Positions 1 to 8,545 of a stretch of 64,000 bases of DNA are shown in pieces. The notes under the pieces are model-generated. The model did no database searches, was not told the origin of the DNA, and saw nothing but the letters and a program-made list of their open reading frames with translations. The position numbers and the translations under genes were made by a program. The stretch's first letter is position 1; each line of letters opens with the position of its first letter. This stretch comes from a virus. The stretch lies in the IMG/VR virus record IMGVR_UViG_3300025108_000001, positions 35,251-99,250 of that record. One strand, written 5' to 3'.

Positions 1-610
1 ATCCTTCATCTGCCATTTCCTCTCTCTCTCTCCTACTGAGAGAATAATACCAATTTGCATATCTCTCTCTATCGTCTTCGTCATCATTTCCGCTAGGGTC
101 TTTAGATGACCCTTCTCCTATTTTTAAAGATTCTAAAACAGTATCAGTAAATACTTCTTCATCTTCTAAAACTCTAGGAATCCTAAATATCGGCTTATCT
201 CCCATTTCTGTATATGCACCTTCTGAATAGATAACAAAATACAGAATCTTCTCAATACCTTTGTATTTTACTTTTGTAGCGACACCGCCCTTTACATCGT
301 GTTCGTATAGGCCATCACCATCAGGATTATCTTCAAAGTTATATTTTTCATCTATTAATTTAGCAAACGTAATGTTTATCCCTAATTTAGACATTGCTTG
401 TGCAATATCTTCTAGTTCTTTACCTAGTTTTGTTTGATAAGTACTTTCATAGGGACTGGTTCGTTTTAAAGACTCATGTAATTTACGCGCAAATGGGATT
501 CTCATATTCATTGCTACTTCTTTATAATTATCAGTAAATCCGTCTTTGTCAATTCTAACGCCATTAGGTTTTTTAGTAAAATCTCTTTTTAATATATCTT
601 CCCAACTCAT
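1..610 (-). CDS. Hypothetical protein with N-terminal MSWEDILK tag (runs off the window edge; absent from ORF track)
   Basis: ATG at 610 (ccaactcat at 602-610) overlaps the stop of the upstream ORF; translates MSWEDILKRDFTKKPNGVRIDKDG... Confidence 0.75.
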   Translation of the reverse strand, partial: MSWEDILKRDFTKKPNGVRIDKDGFTDNYKEVAMNMRIPFARKLHESLKRTSPYESTYQTKLGKELEDIAQAMSKLGINITFAKLIDEKYNFEDNPDGDGLYEHDVKGGVATKVKYKGIEKILYFVIYSEGAYTEMGDKPIFRIPRVLEDEEVFTDTVLESLKIGEGSSKDPSGNDDEDDRERYANWYYSLSRREREEMADEG

Positions 611-933
611 TCTAAATCCCCCTTACTCTTTGGATAAACTAAGTCTCGTATTTGCCGATACAAAGTTTCGTAATCTTTTCTAAGTTCTGCTGCCGAAGAA
701 ACTATGTCTAAATTCTTTTCATCGAAACTCTCAAACTTTTTTTGTAGTCTTTTATCAGACTTAATTAAGTCTAATTTTTTCATCTCATCTAACAGGTCTG
801 AAAGATGAGTCATCTCTTGCCCCATGTATTCAGTAGGTTGAGTTTTTTGAAGAAGTTTCTTAAGTTTCTTTTTTTGTTTAGTATCAACTTTTTCTAAAAT
901 TGAAGATGATTTAAGTATTTCTTTCCAACTCAT
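607..933 (-). CDS. Hypothetical protein with MSWKEILK tag
   Basis: ATG at 933 after a GGTGG SD-like sequence; helical and Lys-rich. Confidence 0.8.
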   Translation of the reverse strand: MSWKEILKSSSILEKVDTKQKKKLKKLLQKTQPTEYMGQEMTHLSDLLDEMKKLDLIKSDKRLQKKFESFDEKNLDIVSSAAELRKDYETLYRQIRDLVYPKSKGDLE

Positions 934-982
934 ACTCAACCACCTTGTCTATCCGTTCTTATCTCTAGTTTATGAAGTTTCT

Positions 983-3121
983 TTATTTCAACTGATTACG
1001 GTCATTATACTCAGGGTTTTCATATTCAGATTCATCTGTGTCTGTAATATCATTCCCTTTAGGTGCATCTATGTTCTTACTAAAGAAGGCATCCACCTCT
1101 TTCTCAAGGGTTGTAATTTCGTTGCTAATCTTATTGAGGTCTCTTCTAACAGTATTTACGTTCCTTAAAGTAAGAACCGCCCATTTTTGTTTATCTAAAT
1201 CTGATGTCTGTCTTACTAATTTATTTAAAAAATTACTTTTCAATAACACATAATTTAGTATTTCAGAATCATTAATTTTAGAAGTATCATTTTCATCAAA
1301 CTTAGGCAAGGAAGTTTCGTTTTCTTTATTTAGTTTAAACTTCAATTTAAAATCTATCCATAACTTTTCAGTTCCTTTTCTTTCGTCTCTTAAACGAGTT
1401 AGTCTATTTCTTTCAATTACCCCCATATTCTCTTCCGTTCTTTCTCTAGAAGTATGCGGCTTTAAAAGATAACCGTATTCTACTGGTTGAATAACTTTCC
1501 TATCTACTAATTTGCTCTTACCATCTTTATCCTTTACACTTGCTAATGATGTTCCATCTTTATCCTTTACACTATTAAGTGGTAATTTAAATGAAGGCAA
1601 TCCTCCAATAGTTAATTTTTTCTCTAATTCTTTAAATATAGTATTATAAGTTTTTTTAAGTCTGCCTCTTGCTTTGGTTAGTTCAATTTGTCGTTCAAAA
1701 TCATCTGCAAGTTCACTACTTTCTTCTTGTTCTTCACTATCAGAACTTGATTCTGGAATATCAATACTAGTTAAATAATCTTTAAAATCCCTTACCGATA
1801 TTTCTTGTCCTTTAATAGAAAAAGTATTACTAAATAAAGAGCCTAAACTTACATCATCTTTCATGTAAGGCTTCAAATTATCAATGTCTTGTCTAGTTTG
1901 ATTATATTCTTTTACTACTGAATTTGGTAAAACTATACCTTTAGTTTCTAATATAATTTTTATAAAATGTAATATTTCGTGATACTCCTTTGCTTTCACT
2001 AGAGCAATGTCAAATTGTGAAATAGTGTTTTGTGTTTCGCCATCTAAATCCTTAGCCATTTCAGTTATTTCATTTTCTAACATAATAATTTTTTCCATTA
2101 TATCTAAAGCAATAGTTCTATAAAGAACCGAGTTTTGTCTGTTTAAAATTTTACTAATTTCTGTTTCGAGTTCACTATTATCTGCGGCAGGGTCATTAAC
2201 TACCTCTCCATCTTGACTAATAGTAGGGTTTCCCCCTCTAAAATACAAGTCCATTATTTGTTTAACATTATCAATTTTAGTAGGATAATCCATATTTAAA
2301 TAACCTATTAATTTAACACTGCTTAAATTAGTTTTAATATCATCATCAAAATCTATATCAAGGGTATCAAATATATCATTCATAATCTCTCTTGAGTTTT
2401 TATTATTATATATCTTAAATTGATTTAACCACCCGCCCACTTTTGAAAAGGACGCTCCCTCATCTACCAATAGATTACGCAACTCAGCAGCAATACGTTT
2501 TCTACCTTTAAAAAAATCATTAATTTCGCTAGATAAACTGTTAATTAATTTAACTTCATCTTCGTCATTTTGATTAACATTACCTCTTAATAGTATGTCT
2601 TTAAGTTGTGATGCTATTTCTTCGGTTTTGGTTGCTAGTGGTGAATCAAGATTTTTTTGTATTTTCGTAAAAGGGCTATCATCACTAAAAAGTAATTCAT
2701 GCACTTTAGGATATTTTTCCTCATTGTATTTACTTTTAAGGTTCTCTAAAGCAGTTTTTAAATTATTCAATGTAGTCAAATCATCACTTTGTCCGGTAGG
2801 AAGTAACTGAACTTCGGATACCTCTTCCAAATTCTTATTTTGGGTCTTAACTTTTCCACTTTTTCTTTTTACAGCATAGATTTCAGTTGTGCCGCTTGAC
2901 CCTTTAAAATTACCATCAAATATTATATCATGTTCAATAGGAGTATTAGTTGTTTCTAATTCCTTTTTTAATTTTAAAAACTCACGTTCTAGATTTGATA
3001 TGCTGTTAATAGAAACTGTATGAATTTCCTTTCTATTTTTAGATAGAACCTTTAATATCTTACTCCACGGATTTTTTCTTGCTTTCACAATATCTTTTTT
3101 TAAAATATCCATGAACGACAT
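983..3121 (-). CDS. Large helical hypothetical protein, possible internal virion protein (tag variants MSFMDILK and NPWSKILK)
   Basis: 712-aa ORF in the head gene block; no recognisable catalytic motifs. Confidence 0.7.
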   Translation of the reverse strand: MSFMDILKKDIVKARKNPWSKILKVLSKNRKEIHTVSINSISNLEREFLKLKKELETTNTPIEHDIIFDGNFKGSSGTTEIYAVKRKSGKVKTQNKNLEEVSEVQLLPTGQSDDLTTLNNLKTALENLKSKYNEEKYPKVHELLFSDDSPFTKIQKNLDSPLATKTEEIASQLKDILLRGNVNQNDEDEVKLINSLSSEINDFFKGRKRIAAELRNLLVDEGASFSKVGGWLNQFKIYNNKNSREIMNDIFDTLDIDFDDDIKTNLSSVKLIGYLNMDYPTKIDNVKQIMDLYFRGGNPTISQDGEVVNDPAADNSELETEISKILNRQNSVLYRTIALDIMEKIIMLENEITEMAKDLDGETQNTISQFDIALVKAKEYHEILHFIKIILETKGIVLPNSVVKEYNQTRQDIDNLKPYMKDDVSLGSLFSNTFSIKGQEISVRDFKDYLTSIDIPESSSDSEEQEESSELADDFERQIELTKARGRLKKTYNTIFKELEKKLTIGGLPSFKLPLNSVKDKDGTSLASVKDKDGKSKLVDRKVIQPVEYGYLLKPHTSRERTEENMGVIERNRLTRLRDERKGTEKLWIDFKLKFKLNKENETSLPKFDENDTSKINDSEILNYVLLKSNFLNKLVRQTSDLDKQKWAVLTLRNVNTVRRDLNKISNEITTLEKEVDAFFSKNIDAPKGNDITDTDESEYENPEYNDRNQLK

Positions 3122-3133
3122 AATCTAACTTCC

Positions 3134-3364
3134 TTAGAATGGTATATTTTCACTACGCATATTCTTTCTTTTAGGTGTTATCATAACATCAGGAATATTA
3201 CTAGGTGCATCGTCTGTTTTATTTTTTAACGTAGTGCTAGGGTCTACACCAACAACTGCATAGTCTCTACTAATGTTGACATTACTCCTTTGTTCCGCAC
3301 CTTCTTTAATTCTCGCTTGCTTCAATTCTCTTTCTAATTGTCTTACACTTTTTTCTTCACTCAT
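3134..3364 (-). CDS. Small hypothetical protein
   Basis: ATG at 3364 after GGTGA SD; MSEEKSVRQLE... Confidence 0.65.
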   Translation of the reverse strand: MSEEKSVRQLERELKQARIKEGAEQRSNVNISRDYAVVGVDPSTTLKNKTDDAPSNIPDVMITPKRKNMRSENIPF

Positions 3365-3369
3365 ATTAA

Positions 3370-3624
3370 TCACCTGTTTCTCTTTTCTTCATCTAGATTT
3401 TTCTTTGCTCTTGCTATGAAAGACTTATGCCCTCCAGTTCTTGGGGGAGTAATACCTGTAAATGAAGGACTAGCAGGGTTTTCAGTATACATTAAACAAC
3501 TTCCGTTATTACTAATGTTTACGTTAGGTAATGTGCATTTCATATTTTTATTATGTTTACATTTACTGGCTTTACAAACATCTATTCTGCATTCTGCTTC
3601 CTTGACTATATTTTTCCAACTCAT
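3370..3624 (-). CDS. Small Cys-rich protein with MSWKNIVK tag
   Basis: C-x3-C-x4-C-x6-C...C pattern; basic C-terminus. Confidence 0.7.
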   Translation of the reverse strand: MSWKNIVKEAECRIDVCKASKCKHNKNMKCTLPNVNISNNGSCLMYTENPASPSFTGITPPRTGGHKSFIARAKKNLDEEKRNR

Positions 3625-3625
3625 T

Positions 3626-3895
3626 TTAATCTCTCCTCATTTCATCTTGCATATCTTCTAAGTGTTTTTCATATTGATTTCTTTCTTCTTGGGTAGTCTC
3701 TTCTCTATCTTTCTGATTCATTACATTTCGTGGTTGTTCTTTTCCTGAAGAATTAACCATATCTTGTAACTCTCTTCGTTCTTTGGTTTTTTGCCTTTCA
3801 TTAGTAAAGGAAACCGGACTACCATTTACCCTTCTATTCAGACTTATTTTTTTTCTTGCCGTATTTTTTCTTTTAACTATCTCAAACCAACTCAT
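3626..3895 (-). CDS. Small charged protein with MSWFEIVK tag
   Basis: ATG at 3895; tightly packed in the operon. Confidence 0.7.
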   Translation of the reverse strand: MSWFEIVKRKNTARKKISLNRRVNGSPVSFTNERQKTKERRELQDMVNSSGKEQPRNVMNQKDREETTQEERNQYEKHLEDMQDEMRRD

Positions 3896-3896
3896 C

Positions 3897-4100
3897 TTAA
3901 TCACTTAATTCCTGTTTAACCCAATCGAACTCATCTTCAACATTATATTTACTAAGTTTGTTTCTTATGTTATTCCAACTTGCCCCAAAGTCTAATAGTT
4001 TTTTTGTGTATTCTAAAACACTTTTTTTTCTATTACCATAATCTATCCATTTTGGATATGAAAAAGATGGTTCAAACTTTAAGGCTTCAAACCATGTCAT
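3897..4100 (-). CDS. Small protein with MTWFEALK tag
   Basis: Abuts the portal stop codon. Confidence 0.7.
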   Translation of the reverse strand: MTWFEALKFEPSFSYPKWIDYGNRKKSVLEYTKKLLDFGASWNNIRNKLSKYNVEDEFDWVKQELSD

Positions 4101-5759
4101 TTAACCAACTCTCCTTTCTGTTCTTTTGTCATTATTTTGATTCCCTGCATCCTTTGGTAATCCTGAAAATCTTTTATCGGGAGCATTAAACATACTAGGC
4201 TTGTTTCTTTTTTTAGGTGGTTCTGATTTAACTTTTTCGGGAACACCCGCTTCGGCCATTGTCGGTTTATTTCCTTCCGCCATCATTTGACCTAACTGAC
4301 TAGCATCAATATCCGTACCTGCGTAAGGGTCAAGTTCAAACTCATCTTCTTTACCCTGTTGTTTTTCTTTTTCTTCCATAGGTTTATCATAAGTAAACCT
4401 GCCTTCTGAATCCATCTTTACTTCAAATCCTAAGTTCTTTATTGCCCCTGCAATATTAACTTCCATTTCTCTTAGTCTTAATTTAGCAATTTCATCTTCT
4501 TCTTCCGAAGGTGGAAGTTTTAATTCCCAATCTGTAATACCAAATTGATTAGTAATAAAGGGAAACACATAATTATTCCAAGTCGTTTGAGCCATCTCTA
4601 CTGCGCGATTAGTAACAAGTATTTGCATACCTTCGTTATTTAATCCACCGCCCGCAGAAGCGTCATTCATAAACACTTTACTTACACCATAAAAGGCAGA
4701 AATTCTATCTCGTAAATCATCTTTTACTGCAACATATTCCATTTCTTTTAGGCTATCCATGAATCTAACCCATTCAACAGAACCCTTTCCGGTTTCCGAT
4801 TCAATTCCCATTACCGGAATAAAGTGAGGGTCTTGTTCCATCTTTTCTTTAACACCTCGCCAAAACGATTTCATTGACTCCATATTTCTTGTCTGAACAG
4901 CCAACAATCCCTTCGGCATTCTTGCCTTAGTATATGATGAGTTAACATAATTATCCATTGCAATTAATGTAGTAACATTATTCCACAAAGTAAGAATAGG
5001 AGACATACCATATAATCTAGAAGGGGAATATTTGCTAAAGTGAACTACTTCCCCTTTGATGAAATATTGTTCTTCTCCGTTAACACGATTAACATAATGA
5101 ACAGGATACAATTCTGAATTACAGGTCTCACAAGTTTCACTCGGATGTTCATGTATTCTGTCTCTATGGCGCAGACAAACATAACCCCCTTTTCCTCTTT
5201 CGCCAAGTTCATTAGAATAAATGTGCATAGTAACAGGGTCGCCTCTAAACACTTCTTTTATTCGATGCATTCTAACCTTAGAATTATTGTCTAAATAATA
5301 TTCCTTTACTGTAACTAAGTAAGCATCATCCATTATATTCAAATCATCTTCTAATTCTTTCAATACATCTATGAACATTTGGTCTGCATTATTTACATAT
5401 CCTTCTAAAAAGTTTTTAGCATACACTAATTGTTTTGAATCCGGTTTAACTAAATCAGTAGATTCACAATCTGTGCATTGTAGGACGGGATTAGTATGTT
5501 CTTTTCCACAAGAATTACATTTTAATGCAAATTTTTCCTCCCACAAATACCCTCTTCTGAAAACCTCTTGTTTAAGTTGGGTAATACAAGTCCTAACAAT
5601 AGTTGACTGTTGCACTATATGATAAATAATAGGACTAGTTAACATATAGGAATTATCTCTTTCTTGTATTCCTAAATTGTAAACCGTTCTATCAGCAGGT
5701 TTAGGTGTAGTATTTCTAAATAGATTACTAAATGAAAATTTTCTTTTCTCTTCTACCAT
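4101..5759 (-). CDS. Portal protein (with inserted Zn-finger-like segments)
   Basis: 552 aa near the terminase; portal-like segments (VVHF..SPSRLYGMSPI, MDSLKEMEY..VKDDLRDRISAFYGVS); acidic, disordered C-terminus. Confidence 0.8.
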   Translation of the reverse strand: MVEEKRKFSFSNLFRNTTPKPADRTVYNLGIQERDNSYMLTSPIIYHIVQQSTIVRTCITQLKQEVFRRGYLWEEKFALKCNSCGKEHTNPVLQCTDCESTDLVKPDSKQLVYAKNFLEGYVNNADQMFIDVLKELEDDLNIMDDAYLVTVKEYYLDNNSKVRMHRIKEVFRGDPVTMHIYSNELGERGKGGYVCLRHRDRIHEHPSETCETCNSELYPVHYVNRVNGEEQYFIKGEVVHFSKYSPSRLYGMSPILTLWNNVTTLIAMDNYVNSSYTKARMPKGLLAVQTRNMESMKSFWRGVKEKMEQDPHFIPVMGIESETGKGSVEWVRFMDSLKEMEYVAVKDDLRDRISAFYGVSKVFMNDASAGGGLNNEGMQILVTNRAVEMAQTTWNNYVFPFITNQFGITDWELKLPPSEEEDEIAKLRLREMEVNIAGAIKNLGFEVKMDSEGRFTYDKPMEEKEKQQGKEDEFELDPYAGTDIDASQLGQMMAEGNKPTMAEAGVPEKVKSEPPKKRNKPSMFNAPDKRFSGLPKDAGNQNNDKRTERRVG

Positions 5760-7084
5760 TAAGCAATCACTCCTTCTAATTTATCCATCTCAAACATTTT
5801 ACACTTATCGTGTAATTTAAAAACAGTAGTAATATCAATACCATCCTTAGAAAAATCATAACCAACATGGTCTTTATGATTTTCATATTTCATTAATTGA
5901 AATAATTCAGTTTTTCTTTCATCATACCAATCTGCTTTTTTATAGGATTTTTTCATTCGTAATAACTCCAATAATATATCTGCGTTTTTCCCTTTCATTC
6001 TAAAATGTGGCCTACATTTAGTTAATAATTCGACTACATCATCATGGGAATAAAAATTTAATCTGTTAACAGGTCTAGTGTCTTGCGGAGATTTTTGGTC
6101 TAAATGTAATCTACCGCAACCTAATGATTTATGCATCTCTAACATAAACGCCTTTCCTCTTTCTCCTGTTGCTACCAAACCTACTCTTGGATTGAACTTT
6201 TTATCCATAGTAATATAGCCATCCGAATCTATGAAAGCCGCAGTATAAGCATAAATATCTTTTTTAATATCATCACTAAACTTATAGAAAGCACCATTGA
6301 CATTAGTAACATTGCAAGATATAGCCATCTTGGAAATTATACTTGGAGTAGTTTTATGAAATAAATTCTTAGGTAGTCTTTCATGTATTTGCCTTGCTGA
6401 AATTCCTGATTCTTCGCTAACTAAAGAAACAATGTTGTGTTTAATAATTTCTTTTTTATTAATTGATTTCAGGTGTTTTTTAATTAGATGTTTAAACTCT
6501 CTCTTAGAAGATGTCATCTCTTTGGATAGTTTAGCAAAATTACTATTATAACCGATTTCATTTTTATCTATTTTTGCTTCCCAATATTTACACAAAACAT
6601 CTATTATTTTTCTTCTTGTATTTTCATCATCAACATATGATAGTTTGATTAGTTGGTCTTCGCTACAAGTCATATCTTGTACTTGAGATTTATATTTACT
6701 TAACCAATAAATATTATCAATACTATTTTCTAAATGATTAGCGTAACCGTCAATTAAATTATCAATTGATTTTGACATTTGTATTCTATCTTCTCCTTTC
6801 AGAGTTCTTCTATACTTACGCATTTTTTTAATCATCTTAGGGATATCTGTTCCTTCGACTTCATATTTTTTAAGTTTATATTCAAGATGTTTTCTTGCAT
6901 CTGTTAAAGATAAATCAAACTCTTTAGCAAATGTTTTTTCCAATTGAGTGTGGTCTGATATAGTAGAATCAACTAACCAACTTCTCTTCAAATCTTCGGT
7001 TATTCTTTTTTGTTGTTCTTCTAGGGATTCTTCTTCATCGGCAAGGTGTCCGAGTTCTCTTAATTTGTCTCCTTTTTCACTAAT
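5759..7084 (-). CDS. LAGLIDADG endonuclease-domain protein with long helical and wHTH-like N-terminus (probable ATT start)
   Basis: YTAAFIDSDGYI LAGLIDADG motif, LGCGRL and PHFRMK segments; frame open to ATT at 7084, preceded by GGAGGTGA. Confidence 0.75.
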   Translation of the reverse strand: MSEKGDKLRELGHLADEEESLEEQQKRITEDLKRSWLVDSTISDHTQLEKTFAKEFDLSLTDARKHLEYKLKKYEVEGTDIPKMIKKMRKYRRTLKGEDRIQMSKSIDNLIDGYANHLENSIDNIYWLSKYKSQVQDMTCSEDQLIKLSYVDDENTRRKIIDVLCKYWEAKIDKNEIGYNSNFAKLSKEMTSSKREFKHLIKKHLKSINKKEIIKHNIVSLVSEESGISARQIHERLPKNLFHKTTPSIISKMAISCNVTNVNGAFYKFSDDIKKDIYAYTAAFIDSDGYITMDKKFNPRVGLVATGERGKAFMLEMHKSLGCGRLHLDQKSPQDTRPVNRLNFYSHDDVVELLTKCRPHFRMKGKNADILLELLRMKKSYKKADWYDERKTELFQLMKYENHKDHVGYDFSKDGIDITTVFKLHDKCKMFEMDKLEGVIA

Positions 7085-7107
7085 ACTCTCACCTCCGCTA
7101 CTTGCCT

Positions 7108-8541
7108 CTAGAAGTTCAGTCCTAACATACCGCCTAAAGAGTTATTCGTAGTTGTGGGAGCATTGAATAATCCCATATCATCTAATAACATAAATACATC
7201 TTGTGAATTTTGCGTGGCGGCATTGGCTAATGCCAAACTCATTACTAAGTCATCGTGTGCGCCTACGCCTTCAAACTTTCCTGAATGAGTAATAGAAAAC
7301 ATTGACAATTCTTCTATCAACATATTGGTTAATTTTTTACTAGAGTTGTCGCCATAGGGAAAGTTAATTTTTCCATTTTCTATGTTCATTTGTAGGTTAA
7401 GAATTATTTCCTGTTTTCTCTTTCTTGTTGTGTTGAAATCAGTTACATTCAAATCTGAAACATTTCTTAACTCTTGAGTAAATGCCTTAGCAAACGTATT
7501 TGTTTCATATAGAATTTCTTCGGGTTCAAATATTTTACCTATCAATCTAATTTTATCTATATTTTCTCTAAACTCAACATTCTTGGCTCTATCCACATGA
7601 ACAATTGTTTTATTCATATTTTCATCAACTTCTAAAACAGTAATTACATTATAATCTCCATCGGTAGAGATAGCAGGGTCAACACCAACGTAATATTTGT
7701 ATCCCTTGTCTTTTCTATGTCCCAATTTTAATACATATTCTTTATTTTTACATTTAGTTACAAATTCAGGATTGAAAAGTGCTGTTCCTGTGGAAATTGG
7801 AACACAAAGATATTCTCTTGTAAATTTTAGAGAACCGATTTCTGCCTTTCTTTGCATCAGTGCTTCATAATTCCATCTCTCCGGCCAAAGAGGTTCATTT
7901 AAAGAATTAAGACAAGGGTATCTGTTTACAGTATAGGCATCATTCTCTTCTAACTGTGCAAATATATCTGTATAGGTAAAAGGAGTGCCAATCATTCTCA
8001 ATTTAGAAGTGTGATGTAGTGTCGGTATCATATCTCCGAAAAACCAATCAGTAACTTTCTCTATACCAACTATACTGAACTCTTTCAAAGGGTCGTCAAT
8101 AATAATTTCTTGAGGATGTAGTCCTCTAATCTGAGAACCTACGGAACGCTCTAAAATTGCATTGCCGTTTGTTAATTGAATATTACCAATAGCCCAACCC
8201 CTGCTAGGTCTAAATTGTTTTAATGCGGGTAAGTTGAAATATCTATCTATTTCTCTCATATGAACTAAAGTCTGCTTTTGGTTAGAAGAAATGTATAGCA
8301 TCTGAAAAGGAGGCTCTTGGAATACTAAATTCCATACTACCCAACTGTGCATAAATACAGATTTGCCGTGGTCTCTACTACAAATTATAACTGTTCTATC
8401 AGTAGTATTCATAGAGTCTAACCATTCTTGCATATATTCAGGATACATCATACCTAAAACATTTTGAAAAAAATATGGAAAGGAAGTTTTAGATAATTCC
8501 ATATCCATTTGGGTTACGAAATCTAATTCATTTAACTCCAA
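7108..8541 (-). CDS. terL: Terminase large subunit
   Basis: Walker A (SRDHGKS), Walker B (IIIDD), motif III (IGTP), RNase H-like nuclease (GVDPA...HDDLVMSLALA); TTG start after AGGTGA. Confidence 0.93.
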   Translation of the reverse strand: MELNELDFVTQMDMELSKTSFPYFFQNVLGMMYPEYMQEWLDSMNTTDRTVIICSRDHGKSVFMHSWVVWNLVFQEPPFQMLYISSNQKQTLVHMREIDRYFNLPALKQFRPSRGWAIGNIQLTNGNAILERSVGSQIRGLHPQEIIIDDPLKEFSIVGIEKVTDWFFGDMIPTLHHTSKLRMIGTPFTYTDIFAQLEENDAYTVNRYPCLNSLNEPLWPERWNYEALMQRKAEIGSLKFTREYLCVPISTGTALFNPEFVTKCKNKEYVLKLGHRKDKGYKYYVGVDPAISTDGDYNVITVLEVDENMNKTIVHVDRAKNVEFRENIDKIRLIGKIFEPEEILYETNTFAKAFTQELRNVSDLNVTDFNTTRKRKQEIILNLQMNIENGKINFPYGDNSSKKLTNMLIEELSMFSITHSGKFEGVGAHDDLVMSLALANAATQNSQDVFMLLDDMGLFNAPTTTNNSLGGMLGLNF

Positions 8542-8545
8542 AAAA

